A stretch of DNA of 63,213 bases, filler included, from Octopus bimaculoides (GCF_001194135.2; 7 parts of 6 records of this genome joined end to end with filler, not necessarily neighbours in it); one strand, 5' to 3'. Shown: positions 31,863-47,433, counted from the whole stretch's first letter. The notes: a model not told the origin generated them from the letters alone. Program-made: numbers and translations.

Positions 31863-33132
31863 TTCGTTTTTGGAGTTGGTTTGCAAGATTCTTTATGTGA
31901 GTTCGTGTGTTGAAGCATATTGATCATGCAGAATACATACATACAAATATACACGCATACATATATACATGCCCGCACACACACATACGTACATGCATAC
32001 ATGCATGTGTATGCACACACACACACACACTGACCCACAAACATGCGCACAAACAAACAAAATGAACGCAGCTTGATTAATAGACAGAATCAACAACTAA
32101 CAAAAAGATAGCGAGACACAACGTAAGTTTCAGAAAAATAAATAAGTAAATGGAGCTATTTTGCGCACGATCAGGTTTAATTATTACAATAATAAAAATT
32201 ATCAGTGGTAGTAACTATACCAACTTATATAGTGGAACGTCATCAGAGCGGAAAACGAAAAAAAGGAAGAAAAAATGAAAAGCTTCATGATGCCCAAAAT
32301 AGCGCAAACAGAAACAGCTGTTAGATGAGATATTGTCTTTTATTGTAATCAATAAATAATAATTGATGTTTATCAATTATCAATTATCTCCATTTTCTTA
32401 TTTTTGTGAAATATAGAAAAACCTTTGGTTTATTCTTTTCCTTACCAATCATTTATGAGCATTAATACTAATAATCATAATCACATACAGGTAACAGAGC
32501 AGTAATTCATTGGATATAAATATCCCTTAGACGGGTTTTATGACCTCTAAGTGAACTCACCTTTACACACACACACACATTATATATCAGCAGCAAAATA
32601 TTCGGAAGTGAATATTTGTAAGTTATTAATATTTCTATTATTATCGAAGGCAATATAAATGTTTCATGACAGCAGAAACATTAATATAGATAGTTGCAGG
32701 CTACCAAAATAGCATTATATAGCTAAAGGAATAACATTATAATATTTATCGTTATATATTGTATATTACGTATGTGAATATTCAGTATATTCTAGTTTAT
32801 AATATAGACACTGCCAATTTTAACCCCATTACTGCCAAATAAAGTATCTTTCTTTAACCTGCTGGCTAAATGCGACACTAATGAGTATTAAGTGACTGTT
32901 AAGCTATATCAGCTAACGGCTGGTTTCTGTTTAACATCCGGTGGCAATAGATACTTGCTACTGCTGAAGGTCTAACAAGCAGAAATCTTCATTTAGGAAC
33001 ACTACCGTCGCTGCTGGCCAATTATAATTGGCAGCTAACATATTTCTGATTTTGATATGAAATGTTACTAAAAGAAGCTTTCTCAAGACCAATACAGCAG
33101 TTTAGCAAGCTTCCAGTATGATTTCCAATTTG

Positions 33133-33201
<69 letters not shown>

Positions 33202-33208
33202 GATAGAC

Positions 33209-33243
<35 letters not shown>

Positions 33244-33329
33244 CAGATGGATGGATAGATAGATAGATAGACAGATGGATAGATAGATAGACACGGTCAG
33301 ATCAATAAGTATCCGGACTGTTGCCATCA

Positions 33330-33540
33330 TAACGAAGCTAAAGCATGAAAATTGAAACCGCTTGGCAGAGATTGATCTTGATCTCTGCTGTGCATGTGCA
33401 CTAAGCTCTGACGTTCTAGCTCACTTCCGCTGTTTACAGTAGTGCTTTGAAGGAAGGTGTGTAGCGTGTGATCGTCGAATTGACCAAGACAGAGAAAGCT
33501 GAGCAAAGAACCTGCATCAAATTTTGCCAAAAGGCTGTTT
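33330..33540 (+). mobile_element. Mariner 5' fragment
   Basis: Translates TKTEKAEQRTCIKFCQK (mariner HTH N-terminus pattern EQR..IKF). Confidence 0.5.
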
Positions 33541-34861
33541 CTGATATTTTTCATATACATTTGAGCGTGTGCATGGCTCAACGTTATCAGTTGATCGATG
33601 GCTCTCACAATGGTATCTTCGTCAAAGCCATATGTTTCTGAAACTGGAATCTTATCTAGATTTCTTTATTCTTTAACTTAATCTTATATTCATATTTGGT
33701 GTTTTCAGAATTTACTTTTTCTAAGCTGGTAAACTTCAGTCAATGTATTTGATAAGCTGTTATCCATCAGAATCGTTGCAAAAATGAACTGGTATTTTAA
33801 AGTAGAATACCAGTGATCCGACTCTTGGTATATTAGATCAGAACTCACGTTTTTAGTTTCTGTCCTATTATTGAATTTACAAATGAATTGCTTATAGCAA
33901 GTATAAGAATAATGTTGTTAATGAGTTATAATGCTGTCTTTTAAATGTTGTCTTAATAAGAACTGCGCTGTCACTTTTGTAGAGAAAATAAAATATTAAG
34001 ATTTGCCTTTAAGGTAATCTTCATAACTTTTGTCATGGGCAGAACCAGTCTTGATAATCTAAGCAAATACCGCTTCAAAAGTATCACTGTCGTCAGCGGC
34101 AACATCAAATAACATTGTTGTTAGAGATTAGCTTGTATATTACATAATCTTCTTATTTATCGCCATTGACACAAACACACTCAACACATTCTGTTTGATG
34201 TCGTTACCACGACATCAAGCTACACATCCTTATAAGAGATGAACAATTGTATAATGAGTGTTGAGCACTACCAGGACCAGGCTTACTTTTCCAGCATGCT
34301 GTACTGTTCACATAAGGTTATTTCTTTGAGCCATTCTTTCCAAACATCCGTTATACTACCCCTATAATCCGCTAATTTTACAATTTTGACAGAAACAATC
34401 CATCAATGTATTCTTCTTCATTATAAATTCCTTGATTAACCAATTATTTACCGCAAGAAAGCACCAGCCCTTTGAATATATATTATCTATGATGTTTTTC
34501 ATATTACTCATGGCGAAATTTTATAATAGTGAGACGTGATATTTTCCGCTTTTTATATATTTGTGACGTAAACTAATTGCGTATATTGTTCTACCTTCCT
34601 GGGTTTATTTTATAAATGTAATGATACTTTAAGAATAATTACAAATGATACCCAATTAGCGACAATGATTAGAAGTTTGGCCTCTAACACTTTTCTGTTT
34701 AATTATGAAATGCTTATTAGAAAACATTCGATTCAATAATTACCCGGATGTTATTAACCGGAAGATGCTTTTATTACAGAGTTAATGACAACTCTTGTAA
34801 ATGTTCCTCTCAATACGGGAAATACGTTTATATCAACATCTGTACATCAATAGCTCAATGA

Positions 34862-34929
<68 letters not shown>

Positions 34930-35033
34930 NNNNNNNNNNNNNNNNNNNNNNNNNNNNNNNNNNNNNNNNNNNNNNNNNNNNNNNNNNNNNNNNNNNNNNN
35001 NNNNNNNNNNNNNNNNNNNNNNNNNNNNNNNNN

Positions 35034-35088
<55 letters not shown>

Positions 35089-35618
35089 CATATATGTATT
35101 AGTGCTTGTGGTTATTTGACGAAACACATGACCATCACCAAAATAACAATATATGTATATACATATAACATAATATATATATATATATGAAGAAATTGAT
35201 ACATACACTGATAGAGAGATATATGTAATGTACATACGTATGTATGTATGTATGTATGTATGTATGTATATGCGTATGTATTTATATATATGCGTAGGTA
35301 TATAGAAATTTATTTCCCAACAAAATTTGCGCACAGAGACTGAACCTACAAAGATACAATATGTTTCAACATACGATTTTAGACAGGAAATTTTCTAAAT
35401 CACTTACGGAAATAGAAAGCATTCGTGTGTCTGCTTGTTTGTGTCTGATTGTTTGTGTGTGTGAGAGAGAGAGAGAGAGACAGAGAGAGCGTGTGCGTGA
35501 GTGCATATGTCATTTTTTAAAAGAAAGTGTTGACAGTGATTTCGAATTTTCTTTCTGCTCAGTTTTGATGAAAGCGTGGCATATTTCATATCATCTCGGC
35601 GTTATATAATCTCCCAAA

Positions 35619-36046
35619 GGCGGCGAGCTAGCAGAAACGTTAGCGCGCCGGGCGAAATGCTTAGCGATATTTCGTCTGCCGTTACTTTCTAAGATCAAAT
35701 TCCGTCGAGGTCGACTTTGCCTTTCCTCCTTTCGGGGTCGATAAATTAATTACCAGTTACGCACTGGGGTCAATGCAATCGACTTAAACCGTTTGTCTGT
35801 CCTTGTTTGTCTCCTCTGTGTGCAGCCCCTTGTGGGCAGTAAAGAAATAAGAAACGTTAGCAGCCGGGCGAAATGCTTAGCGGTATTTCGTCTGTCTTTA
35901 TGGTCTGAGCTCAAATTCCGCCGAGATCAACTTTGCCTTTCATCCTTTCGGTTTCGATAAATTAAGTATCAGTTGCGTACTAACGTCGATTTAATCGACT
36001 TGCCCCTTCCCCCAAAATTTCGAGCCTTGTGCCTAGACTAGAAAAT
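35619..36046 (+). mobile_element. Head-to-tail dimer of SINE family M
   Basis: The first monomer ends GCCCCTTGTGGGCAGTAAAGAAAT (about 35848). The second starts AGAAACGTTAGC and ends GCCTTGTGCCTAGACTAGAAAA. Confidence 0.8.
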
Positions 36047-36049
36047 GTT

Positions 36050-36700
36050 ATATAGTCTCTGATAAGTTTATTTCTTCTGGAGTAAGTGAAGTTCTCTTGA
36101 GTAAATAGGTCGTAGTTTCAATTCAGATGGAAGAATAGTATGATTGATTTTTATTGACTAAAGTTGGACTTGTGCTGTTGTTCAGAATTCGGTGAAGCAC
36201 AAAACTTTGTATTTATCTTTGTGTCTTTAGGTTTGTCAGCTTCACATCTTGGGGTTCTCTTTTAGGGTTCAGAAAAAGATGTAGGTGGGTGAAAAGATTA
36301 GTCGATCAGCAGATGTGTATCGAGGTGTAGTTAGTGTTATTTGTGCTTTAAGGATTAACAAAATTAAAGGTTCGTGTGTCATCTAATTTCCTTATTTTTC
36401 GTTGGTGTTTTTCGAGAACAATTGAGTTGTTTGTTTTGGGAAAGTGGAGGCTATTATTCTGATTTCACTAAAGCAGGAAAAACTTTGAAACTAGATGCGA
36501 TAATATTGGTGTGCTCGCTTAAGTTTTATGGTGGTTTTAGGACAGATATTTGCTTAGCATGTGCTTTAATGCTTGCAAAATGATGTAGGTAGGTGGAAAG
36601 GTTAGATGTTGAGAAGATGCCTAAACAGAAGTTAATTGTTTTTGATGTTATTTGATTACGATTTAGAAACTTTAACCTTTGTATTATGTTGAATATGGTT
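36050..36700 (-). mobile_element. Possible Penelope-like ORF N-terminal remnant
   Basis: Strand-biased, decayed coding-like sequence ending LKRTSLTPEEINL, similar to the PLE motif NLS.R.LT.EE..LL. Confidence 0.3.
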
Positions 36701-36826
36701 TTATAAATATTTATTCTATTCGGTTTCTTGCATGGATATCAGTAATTAAATTTGCAGCATATTAATTTCGACATATCTCTGAATATACGCAAATGTGTGG
36801 GCGACATGAAATCATATACATATTCT

Positions 36827-36960
<134 letters not shown>

Positions 36961-38274
36961 AACATACATATATATGAATATGGAATATATTCTCTACGCG
37001 ACTCTCATATGAGAATATTTGATAATTTAAAGCATTGTGGTGACATGTTATGGTTACAACCTAAATTCACTCCATCATTGGAACAGTTAATCGAAAATAT
37101 CAAGTTGAAATTTTCAATTTACGACTACACCGAGAAGAATTAATGACTCACTCTCTACATTCATAAATCATTCCTTTCTACAAGCAATGTCAGAAACGAT
37201 TAATAGTTGAGATGTATAGTCTATAACGGGTGCCATTATTTTGAGATCAGCATGATAAAGCATGGTAACACGATAATCGTAAATTGCCCTCCTTCAGCTG
37301 TTGCAATAACTTGTTTCGAAATCTCTTGGAATTGTTTCTGAAAGGAAAAATAAACTTTCAGGAAATAAGAGTCCACAGAAATATAAAATAGGACTGGATG
37401 TGTAACAGTAATGCATTACTTAACACGAAATTCCATCATCTAAAAATACTATTGGTACAAAAATACATTGGTTATCATAACATTTGTAATTGGTAATATT
37501 ACAAAAACGAAAGAAATCGATCATAAATGTTTTTGAAATTAACCATTTTATTTCCAATCTCCCATTACCTCACACCCACATTATGTGTATAGACATTATA
37601 GAAAATCTTGCCTTGTTTTAAAGCATTATAAACCTCCGATGTAATTTCATGTGTACAATATTAATTAAATATTCCAGAGGACGTCCTAGCAACAATTAAC
37701 GCACCGTCTAGCTTGAAATTCAAATTATGCTATCTCATCCGATCATGGAGCCTGGTTTACATTAAATGATTAAAATATTGTGTTCTATAATTATATAAAC
37801 GAAGAATTGTTAGATGATGCTTTTCTGCATGATAAAAATATTGACCAATTCTTCCAGAAACAATTACACAAACGATAATGAATTGTAATCTGCGTGGCTG
37901 GAATTGGCATTATTGATTCACTGAAGCAAAAATTGAAATAAGCATACGGCATACTAAGGAGGGATGAAAATAGAAGTACTGGTAGAAACATCAGCGTTAA
38001 ATACTGCAATTTTTACTAGATTATTCTTTTATTGCATTACTCGTTTAGTCATTTGACGGATGTCAAGTTGAGGTACCGCCTGGAAGGGCTTAATTGGAGG
38101 GATTAATCAAATAAATGGGTGCTCATCTTTATTCCAAGTCTGGTTCTCATGCTGTTGGCCCATCTTGCAGAGCATATATGTTAAAGGGACGTGCATAAAG
38201 AATGCCCGGTTGTGAATCAGTATGACGATAAACACAAAAACACAGAAAAATACGTATATAGATACATATGCGTG

Positions 38275-38381
<107 letters not shown>

Positions 38382-38390
38382 ATACACACC

Positions 38391-38431
<41 letters not shown>

Positions 38432-38957
38432 CGTGGAGAGATAGATAGGTACCAGGGGTTTCTACACAGATACTATCCACCAAATTCGACCAAACTATAA
38501 CAATGTTTAAAATAAACGGAATATCCACTGGTAGTTTAGTATTTCACTCACAAACTTAGGTGGGTGTTATCTGGAGCTTATTTCTTCATAAGTATTCTCA
38601 ATCAGAGATTACATAGAAAATAGCCAATAGCCAAAACAACAGCAAAGTGACAACAAAATATGCGTATTACACGGTTCAAAATACCACTATTTTAGAAGTG
38701 GATTAGCACTTTAATATTACTTCAAACGAAGAGGATGTTATACGCTCGGTTCAAATGTATAATTTATAACAAAACGTTTGGCAAATTCAGTATATTCAAT
38801 ATTTTGTACAGAAGTCATTAGGTTATCATACAGAAATAAGTCTTAATAGTTTTGAGGACACAAGGAAAAGAGTGAAGCGGTGGAAAGAGAATTGGGGCTG
38901 AAACGACGCAGTTAAAATATACTAAAATAACAAGAATGAACGAAGATACACACACGG

Positions 38958-39007
<50 letters not shown>

Positions 39008-39474
39008 CTTTGTTTGTGTCTGAGCACGTGTATTTCTATATGATTGTATGTATGAGCTGTAAAGGCAGAATTATCTCCATATGATGCTTTATTTAGAATC
39101 TGTTAACGTGTGCTTACGTTTACAAATGTGACAGAAAATCGGTAAAAAACCAGCGGCATATGTAGATAATTGGACGTTAACCAACTGGTTGTTTCTTCGC
39201 TTACGTCTTTCTAGCAATTTATATATTATTTACACACACCCATACATACATACATACATACATACATACATACATGCACACATACGCGCACACATATATA
39301 CACATATCTGTATTCATATGCCTGTTTATATATAAAGACATGTATACATGCATATATATATATATATATATATANNNNNNNNNNNNNNNNNNNNNNNNNN
39401 NNNNNNNNNNNNNNNNNNTTAATTAATTAANNNNNNNNNNNNNNNNNNNNNNNNNNNNNNNNNNNNNNNNNNNN

Positions 39475-39521
<47 letters not shown>

Positions 39522-40256
39522 TACACGCACGATCACATCAGCATAGATACGCGCATACACAAGCACGCACCGACTAAGTCAGTGATAGAATGACTTCAGA
39601 TAGAAAGCAATGAGCAATGGCATCATGTAAAGCAGAATCAGAGAGGCATGGGGAGAGGGGGAGAGTTGAATGAGAGAGAGAGAGGGTGGAGAGGGGGGAA
39701 GGATAAAGGGAATGAAAGTATGAAAGAGCAAGGCCGAGAATAAAGGAGTGAGAGAGAGAGAGAGAGGCAGAGAGACTGATGGAGATAGAAAGAGGCGGAG
39801 AAAGAGAAATAAAGCAACAACGAAACTGAGTAAAATTTGAATACATAGACCTAAAGAAAGAGAGAGGGAGAGAGACACAGAGAGAGAAAAGAAAAGAAAG
39901 AGAACGTAAGAGAGAGAGAGAGAGAGAGAGAGAAAGTATAAGCAATAAAGGAGACGACACAGAAAGAAAGAGATAAAGAGAGAGAGAGAGAGATTGAGAA
40001 AGTATGAGTTAAAATCTATACAGTCATTCAGTTTGTATGGAACCATGGTGTATTTTGGTGAATGATTATATTCCAGTTGTATGTATATATTTATATCGCT
40101 CGGTTGAATCAATGATGATATGAGTGTAGATTAACTTATAATGTGAAAGAACTGCCCAGGACTCTTCGTTTCAAAAACGACATACAAGTATAGATACATA
40201 CACGCACATCACATTACATAACATCACATACATACATACATACATACATACACACA

Positions 40257-40303
<47 letters not shown>

Positions 40304-40884
40304 NNNNNNNNNNNNNNNNNNNNNNNNNNNNNNNNNNNNNNNNNNNNNNNNNNNNNNNNNNNNNNNNNNNNNNNNNNNNNNNNNNNNNNNNNNNNNNNNN
40401 NNNNNNNNNNNNNNNNNNNNNNNNNNNNNNNNNNNNNNNNNNNNNNNNNNNNNNNNNNNNNNNNNNNNNNNNNNNNNNNNNNNNNNNNNNNNNNNNNNNN
40501 NNNNNNNNNNNNNNNNNNNNNNNNNNNNNNNNNNNNNNNNNNNNNNNNNNNNNNNNNNNNNNNNNNNNNNNNNNNNNNNNNNNNNNNNNNNNNNNNNNNN
40601 NNNNNNNNNNNNNNNNNNNNNNNNNNNNNNNNNNNNNNNNNNNNNNNNNNNNNNNNNNNNNNNNNNNNNNTATATATATATATATATTTATATATATAAA
40701 AGGCGGTGCTCCAGCATGGCCGCAGTCAAATGACTGAAACAAGTAAAAGAGTAAAAGAGTATATATATATAGATACATACAAGCATTAGAGAATATATAT
40801 ACACACAGACATATAAATACACACGCATAAACATAAATATATATACAAGTATAAACATACAGACATATATATAATAATCCATCC

Positions 40885-40917
<33 letters not shown>

Positions 40918-41140
40918 TGCATATGTATCTATATAGAACCTGAGATGGTGTTTTATAACCGAAAGTAGGTACTACTCTTCGTTTTCCTAATTCATTTTTA
41001 CCTGATCTCTTTGAATATTTTAATTAAATTTTTGTGGAATTTTGGTCCTTCATTGAAATCATTGTATATTTGTGATCATTGCATATATCACTGCCTTTAA
41101 TTGTAACCAAAAGAACACACACACATACACATACACATGC

Positions 41141-41182
<42 letters not shown>

Positions 41183-41667
41183 ATACGTGTGTGTGTGTGT
41201 GCGTAACGACGCGGACATGTGTGGACATGTGGATGTCAATACATGTATGTGTGTGAGTGTGTGTGTGTGTGTGTGTAAGTGTGCATGTATATATTTGTAT
41301 GTGTATACACATACCTATACATATTTGTACATATTATATGTGTATATGTAAATCTATACATGCTTATGTACATTTAAATATATGTATATACATACATATA
41401 CACACACATCCATCCGGCCGTCCATCAATCCATCCATACATACATATATAGCGTATTATCTATTATATGATGTTATCCTATTCATGCACATTATGCACAT
41501 ATACTAAATTATACGTTTACGTATTGTATATACGTATATTGTGTATGTATTATATACATTATATATATTATATAACATATTTTGTATACTAAGCCTATTT
41601 TCTGTATTTAAATTAGTTTTATTGTAAATTGTGAACTATTATATATTGTGAACTATTATATATATAA

Positions 41668-41699
<32 letters not shown>

Positions 41700-43120
41700 C
41701 ATATATATATANNNNNNNNNNNNNNNNNNNNNNNNNNNNNNNNNNNNNNNNNNNNNNNNNNNNNNNNNNNNNNNNNNNNNNNNNNNNNNNNNNNNNNNNN
41801 NNNNNNNNNNNNNNNNNNNNNNNNNNNNNNNNNNNNNNNNNNNNNNNNNNNNNNNNNNNNNNNNNNNNNNNNNNNNNNNNNNNNNNNNNNNNNNNNNNNN
41901 NNNNNNNNNNNNNNNNNNNNNNNNNNNNNNNNNNNNNNNNNNNNNNNNNNNNNNNNNNNNNNNNNNNNNNNNNNATATATATACTGTAAATACATTAAAA
42001 TACTTTTCAATACTTATATACATATATAACTCGTATAATATATACTTTTATTATATAAATATATATTGGTATTGTATCTATGTATACACAAGCACGTACA
42101 TACATACATGCATGCATACATACATACATACATACATACATACATACATGCATACATTATATATAAATGTGATGGAATGCTTTTCTGTCGTTTATTTTAT
42201 ATACGTTTTCATTGTTTACCTTGTTTATCAATATTTTCTTCATATTTTTATATGATTTCCATGTTATTTGCCTTAATAATAAATTTCCAAAATCAATGAT
42301 CGACATTTCTAGACCTTCATAGTCTCACCTTCAGCATGGAGTGTTGTTGGTGCATGTTGTTGGTAGGCAGAGCCAATGTACCTACAGTAGTCCTGACGGT
42401 TATATTTATATCTTATCAGTGAGGTGTGTATTTTCGGTCACTATGGTTACTGCTTCCTTTATATATCACCTTTTATTTTTGTGCGGAATTCATTAGAGTA
42501 TCGATGTAAATTCGACTAATTATTTTCCTATTTAATTTGTTGTTCTATTATGTAATACTTCACACCTTTGTCGTAAGTGCCTAGGGAGCTGACGCAAGCA
42601 TGTTTTTGTATGGCCAATATAACAGATTCGAGAAATTTGCATCTTTCACGTTTGCCTTCAAATTTGTATATCACCTTGTTCATTTGTACGAAATGGTAAA
42701 AAATATAGAATTAAACTCATCACTCCATCTCCATAATATTTCGAGAAAACATATCACACATGATCGTTATACATTAAGATAACTTCATCATGAAACACAC
42801 ACCATAGAGGCAGATTTTTATGGACATCTGAAGATTTCATAATGACCTTAGAACAAACGAAATAGATAAAAGTTTCGCATAAAACTTTGGCTACAAATGC
42901 TCCAATATTATCCAAGAATAAAACCACCAGAAGTGTCAGCTCACATACTGATAAACGTTTTAGCATCTTCTACATGAGAAATAACCAGTTGCTGCTCGCA
43001 ATGCAAATTATAAAAACAAAACAACAGAACACCAATGTGTTTCTGTCAACGTTCAGGTTCACGTTGATCTATGCGGCTGCAATGAAAAATGAACATGTAT
43101 ACGCATTTTTTGTATATATT

Positions 43121-43154
<34 letters not shown>

Positions 43155-43157
<3 letters not shown>

Positions 43158-43322
43158 GCGCAGGTATGATTGTGTGGTAAGTAGCTTGCTTCCCAGCCAC
43201 ATGGTTCCGGGTTCGGTCTCACTGTGTGGCACATTGGGCAAATGTCTTCAAATATAACCTCAGGCCAGCCAAAGACTTGTAAGTAGATTTGGTAGACGGA
43301 AACTGAAAGAAGCCCGTTGTAT
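43155..43322 (+). mobile_element. CORE-SINE head
   Basis: AGGCGCAGGTATGATTGTGTGGTAAGTAGCTTGC...GGTAGACGGAAACTGAAAGAAGCCCG. Confidence 0.75.
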
Positions 43323-43567
43323 ACATACATACATATACATATATATATATATATATGTATGTATACCGTGAGAGAGTTAGGGGTTCGGGGTTCAACCCAC
43401 TAATGGATAGTATCTATCCAGTATACTGCTGGGAGGGTACCCAATTATTGTTACACTAGTGCTATACTAGGTGCAATCAGTGGGAGCGGGTAAAAGTGGA
43501 GGTTTTACCCAAAATTTGTATAACAATTAGAATGGGTTCAGCATATTATCCTCTATTTTCTAATTGT

Positions 43568-43703
<136 letters not shown>

Positions 43704-44009
43704 CACACATAGACTCACATATAATATAAATGTATATTATATCTGTGGTTAATTTCATAGTTGTTTTTGCAGCAATTACTATTTTTGTTGTTGTCATTGA
43801 AGTCGTTGTTTTGCTCGAGTCCATATTTTGAACCTTCACAGACTTCAATCCGATTAAAAACGATCAGCAAATCTTTTATTTCCAGATGTAGATTAAGTAG
43901 GACCGTTCCATTTTAGGACAATATTGATTTGGTGGGGAAATAGAATCATTTATCTTTTATCTTTTATGCTTATCTTATAGTTGTCTATCTAAACACCATA
44001 TTAATTGAC

Positions 44010-44063
<54 letters not shown>

Positions 44064-44299
44064 GAACAGAAAGGCAGGCAGGCAGGCAGTTAGACATAGA
44101 CAAAGAAACAAAGATAGATAGAAAGGTGAATAGGTAGAATGACAGATAGACAAAAATAGATAAACGGATAGAGAGGGATGGGGGGGATAGAGAGGCAGAC
44201 AGGCATCGATAAAAGATTAATAGATACATAGGCAGATAGACAGACAGTGAGACAAACAGTTATATAGATAGATAGATAGATAGATAGATAGAGAGGGAA

Positions 44300-44364
<65 letters not shown>

Positions 44365-44625
44365 TAACAATGCTAACTGAAATATTCTGAGTGACTAAAA
44401 GTGTTAGTTTATAAGAAAATGCCAAGAAAACCACTAAGTAGGAAATTTAATTTCCTCCCGTTTGAACCGGAAGTATAGTGAATATTTCGTGAATAAAGCG
44501 TCTCAATTCTCAAGACTGAACATCGGTCCTGTTCTTTTTATAATGCTGTTCCTCCGTTGTCGTTGTTGGTAATGATGTTAATGTTGTTGGTGTTAGTTCG
44601 CCATAGAATAAGTTACTATTATTGT

Positions 44626-44950
44626 TTAGTCTCGTGTCAGCCCTAATCTGCTAGATCTGTTACTAAAGCCTCTACTATCTCGGTCGTGTCTACCCTGTCT
44701 TTTATTCAATTTTTTTGTATCCATGCAATTATATATTGTGCCCTTCCCACTTTTAAAGCGATTTAAAAATTTAACTGCTATTTCTCGTAGGTCGAATAAC
44801 CCCTTAATGAATACGTCATCGATGTTTCTTTTACGCAATTTTGGTTATTTGCTACCATCACTGTTCCAAGCCATTGCATTGAGTTCTTTCCGATAAACTT
44901 TGATACCATTTTATCACCTAATCTCTACCACAAAGGGCTGAAATATCTTT
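44626..44950 (-). mobile_element. Possible Penelope-type RT remnant
   Basis: KRNIDDVFI...VKFLNRFKS resembles PLE RT W.RY(I/V)DD(I/V)F....FL..LNS. Confidence 0.3.
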
Positions 44951-45119
44951 AGTCACTCTTTCCAAGTACTATACCCTCCAGACAGATCTTAGAAAGACCC
45001 CAATTTGAACGCCTGATATAGTCAAAAAGTTTTAAAATGTTGCTTCACCTTTACTAATTATAATTAGTAAAATTAATACTATCACCAATAATTATTGGGG
45101 GTAGCATTAACGTTTCTTA

Positions 45120-45255
45120 ATTTATTTAATCGACCCTGAAAAGAAGAAAGGCAATGTCGACCTCGGCGTAATTTGAACTCAGAACGTAGCGGCAGACGAA
45201 ATACCATTAAGCAATCTCCTCCGGCGTGCTACGTTTCTGCCAGCTCGCTGCCTTA
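45120..45255 (-). mobile_element. SINE family M fragment
   Basis: GTCGACCTCGGCGTAATTTGAACTCAGAACGTAGCGGCAGACGAAATACC...GCCAGCTCGCTGCC. Confidence 0.7.
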
Positions 45256-45914
45256 ACTTGACTAAATATTGATTATAGAATTGTCATGTTTTATAGATTT
45301 AATATTTTAACTCTGACAGTTAATTGTTTACCAATAATAAATCTCATTACATAGTTTTGAAATGCTTCTATTATCCAAAATTTTTTTTCTGACTAGTTGA
45401 CGCAATCTAATCCATACTTAACTACAAGGAAAAAGCAAATGTTATATATCTTAATTTTGACTCTAATTAATATTGGATTGAATTCTTTAAAACAATCTAC
45501 CCATGTCAGAAGTATTCTGTGATTTAACAGCAACCCCGTTATTGTTTGAAGTTCGTAGTTCACACCCTAGATAAATTTATTCTATTTCTTGCTGTACGGG
45601 GCTGTTATAAATTGTCGCGTCTATGTTCGTCTGTATTTTATTTGTATTGTTGCACTCAATCTCTTCAAAATTAATTTAGAATTGGAGAACCACCAGTTCT
45701 TTTACATTTGCAGCTGTGATTAATGGCATCGTGAATGTCTAGCAATGTTGTTGTCAATAGAAACAATATACTTCCTATAGCATCAGTTGGAGAATGCCTG
45801 ATTCCCTATATATAGAGAGCGAACTATATTTTTCCCTTTCAGAAAAACAACAAGGGGAACAACCGGAAAAAAGTGGCCTCTTGATTAACACTTTTCATTA
45901 TAAACAGATTAAGT

Positions 45915-46010
45915 GGTGAGCTGGCAGAATCGTCACCACTCTGGTCAAAAAGTTTGGCGGCATTTCGTCTGTCCTTGTGTGCTGAAAGCCATGAATGAAA
46001 CTCGGCTTTT
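45915..46010 (+). mobile_element. SINE family M head fragment
   Basis: GGTGAGCTGGCAGAATCGTC...GGCATTTCGTCTGTC. Confidence 0.55.
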
Positions 46011-46070
46011 GAATCACATTCGTAACTTTCCTTCAGATTATGCACTTTCTTAATCCTTGTCCCTGTACCC

Positions 46071-46101
<31 letters not shown>

Positions 46102-47039
46102 TACCCACACGCGCGCACATACACCCCCACACACACGTACACACATACACATAGATTTACTTATTTTCTCATTACTTGAAGTTTCTAGACGTAAAGCCCC
46201 ATCAGGATTGTCGGGTGACCTCTTTCTGGGAGGCAGCGCTTTTGGCTGTGCTGTGTAAGGCTCAATAGACACGAGGCTGACTGAAAGGCTATCACGTGTG
46301 GCACACAATCTATCCACGCCACTAATCGTAGATAAAGAAAAACAGAATGGTCCTAGATGAAAAGCTTATAAGCATAGGTTTGCATATATGGAGCCGAACT
46401 AGAGATATACAACATCAAAAGTGTTACGATTATATTGGTTGCTGTTTAAGGGCAAGACCGTTTTGTGAGTGTGTTGTTGTTGTTGCTATTTCAGATTGAA
46501 AACGATACAAATGTCTAGGTCTTGACCGTCACGTTTCATTCCCAGCCGCAGTGTACCTAACGACCATATTCTTCAATGCGCTGTTCTTTTGTAAGATAAT
46601 AATAGTGTGTGACCTGGTTGCTATGTCTAGCACGTACAAACTCCCTTGCTAACTGGTGTGTTAGTTGATTGAGATTTCTTTATAAAGAAAGATTGCACTT
46701 AATAAAGATTGTGTAATAGATACCAGGTTATTGAGTGCAACTATTGTCCTCGACAGAATTAAGAGTCAACAGTGTAGGCCACGTTTCTGACCATGCACCA
46801 ACTAAAGAATGCGTTAGGCTGAATCACGTTTCTATAAAAGGACATGTAAATCTGAAAACATAGACACAAGAGGCCGCAGACAAGTCTTTAATGTGACTTA
46901 AATACATACAGACGGAGAGAAATGCGCGCGCGCGCACACACTCGCTCACACATATGCATACATTCACGTAGAGAGCATCAGCTTATGAAGAAACCTCTTT
47001 TTATACCACCTTCCCATAACTCATTATGTTCTTGCCAGT

Positions 47040-47433
47040 ACAATCGGGAATGTTGTTGTTGGCACTCCGTCGCTTACGACGTCGAGGGTTCCAATTGATC
47101 CGATCAACGGAACAGCCTGCTCGTGAAATTAACGTGCAAGTGGCTGAGCACTCCACAGACACGTGTACCTTTAACGTAGTTCTCGGGGATATTCAGCGTG
47201 ACACAGTGTGACAAGGCTGACCCTTTGAATTACAGGCACAACAGAAACAGTAAGAGTGAGAGAAAGTTGTGGTGAAAGAGTACAGCAGGGTTCGCCACCA
47301 TCCCTGCCGGAGCCTCGTGGAGCTTTTAGGTATTTTCGCTCAATAAACACACACAACGCCCGGTCTGGGAATCGAAACCGTGATCCTTTGACCGCGAGTC
47401 CGCTGCCCTAACCACTGGGCCATTGCGCCTTCA
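47040..47433 (-). mobile_element. tRNA-derived SINE, family R, full length
   Basis: Head GGCGCAATGGCCCAGTGGTTAGGGCAGCGGACTCGCGG...GGTTTCGATTCCCAGACCGGGCG (A and B boxes). Tail ends GGAGTGCCAACAACAACA. Confidence 0.8.

Noticed and set aside
37791-38009. Short ORF or exon-like unique sequence (also 37240-37350 and 48304-48501)
   Set aside because: No recognisable motif, no dynein similarity, and no convincing paired splice sites.
47360-47433. tRNA gene
   Set aside because: Has A/B boxes but continues into a SINE body repeated at 27880 and 57085; a SINE head, not a tRNA gene.
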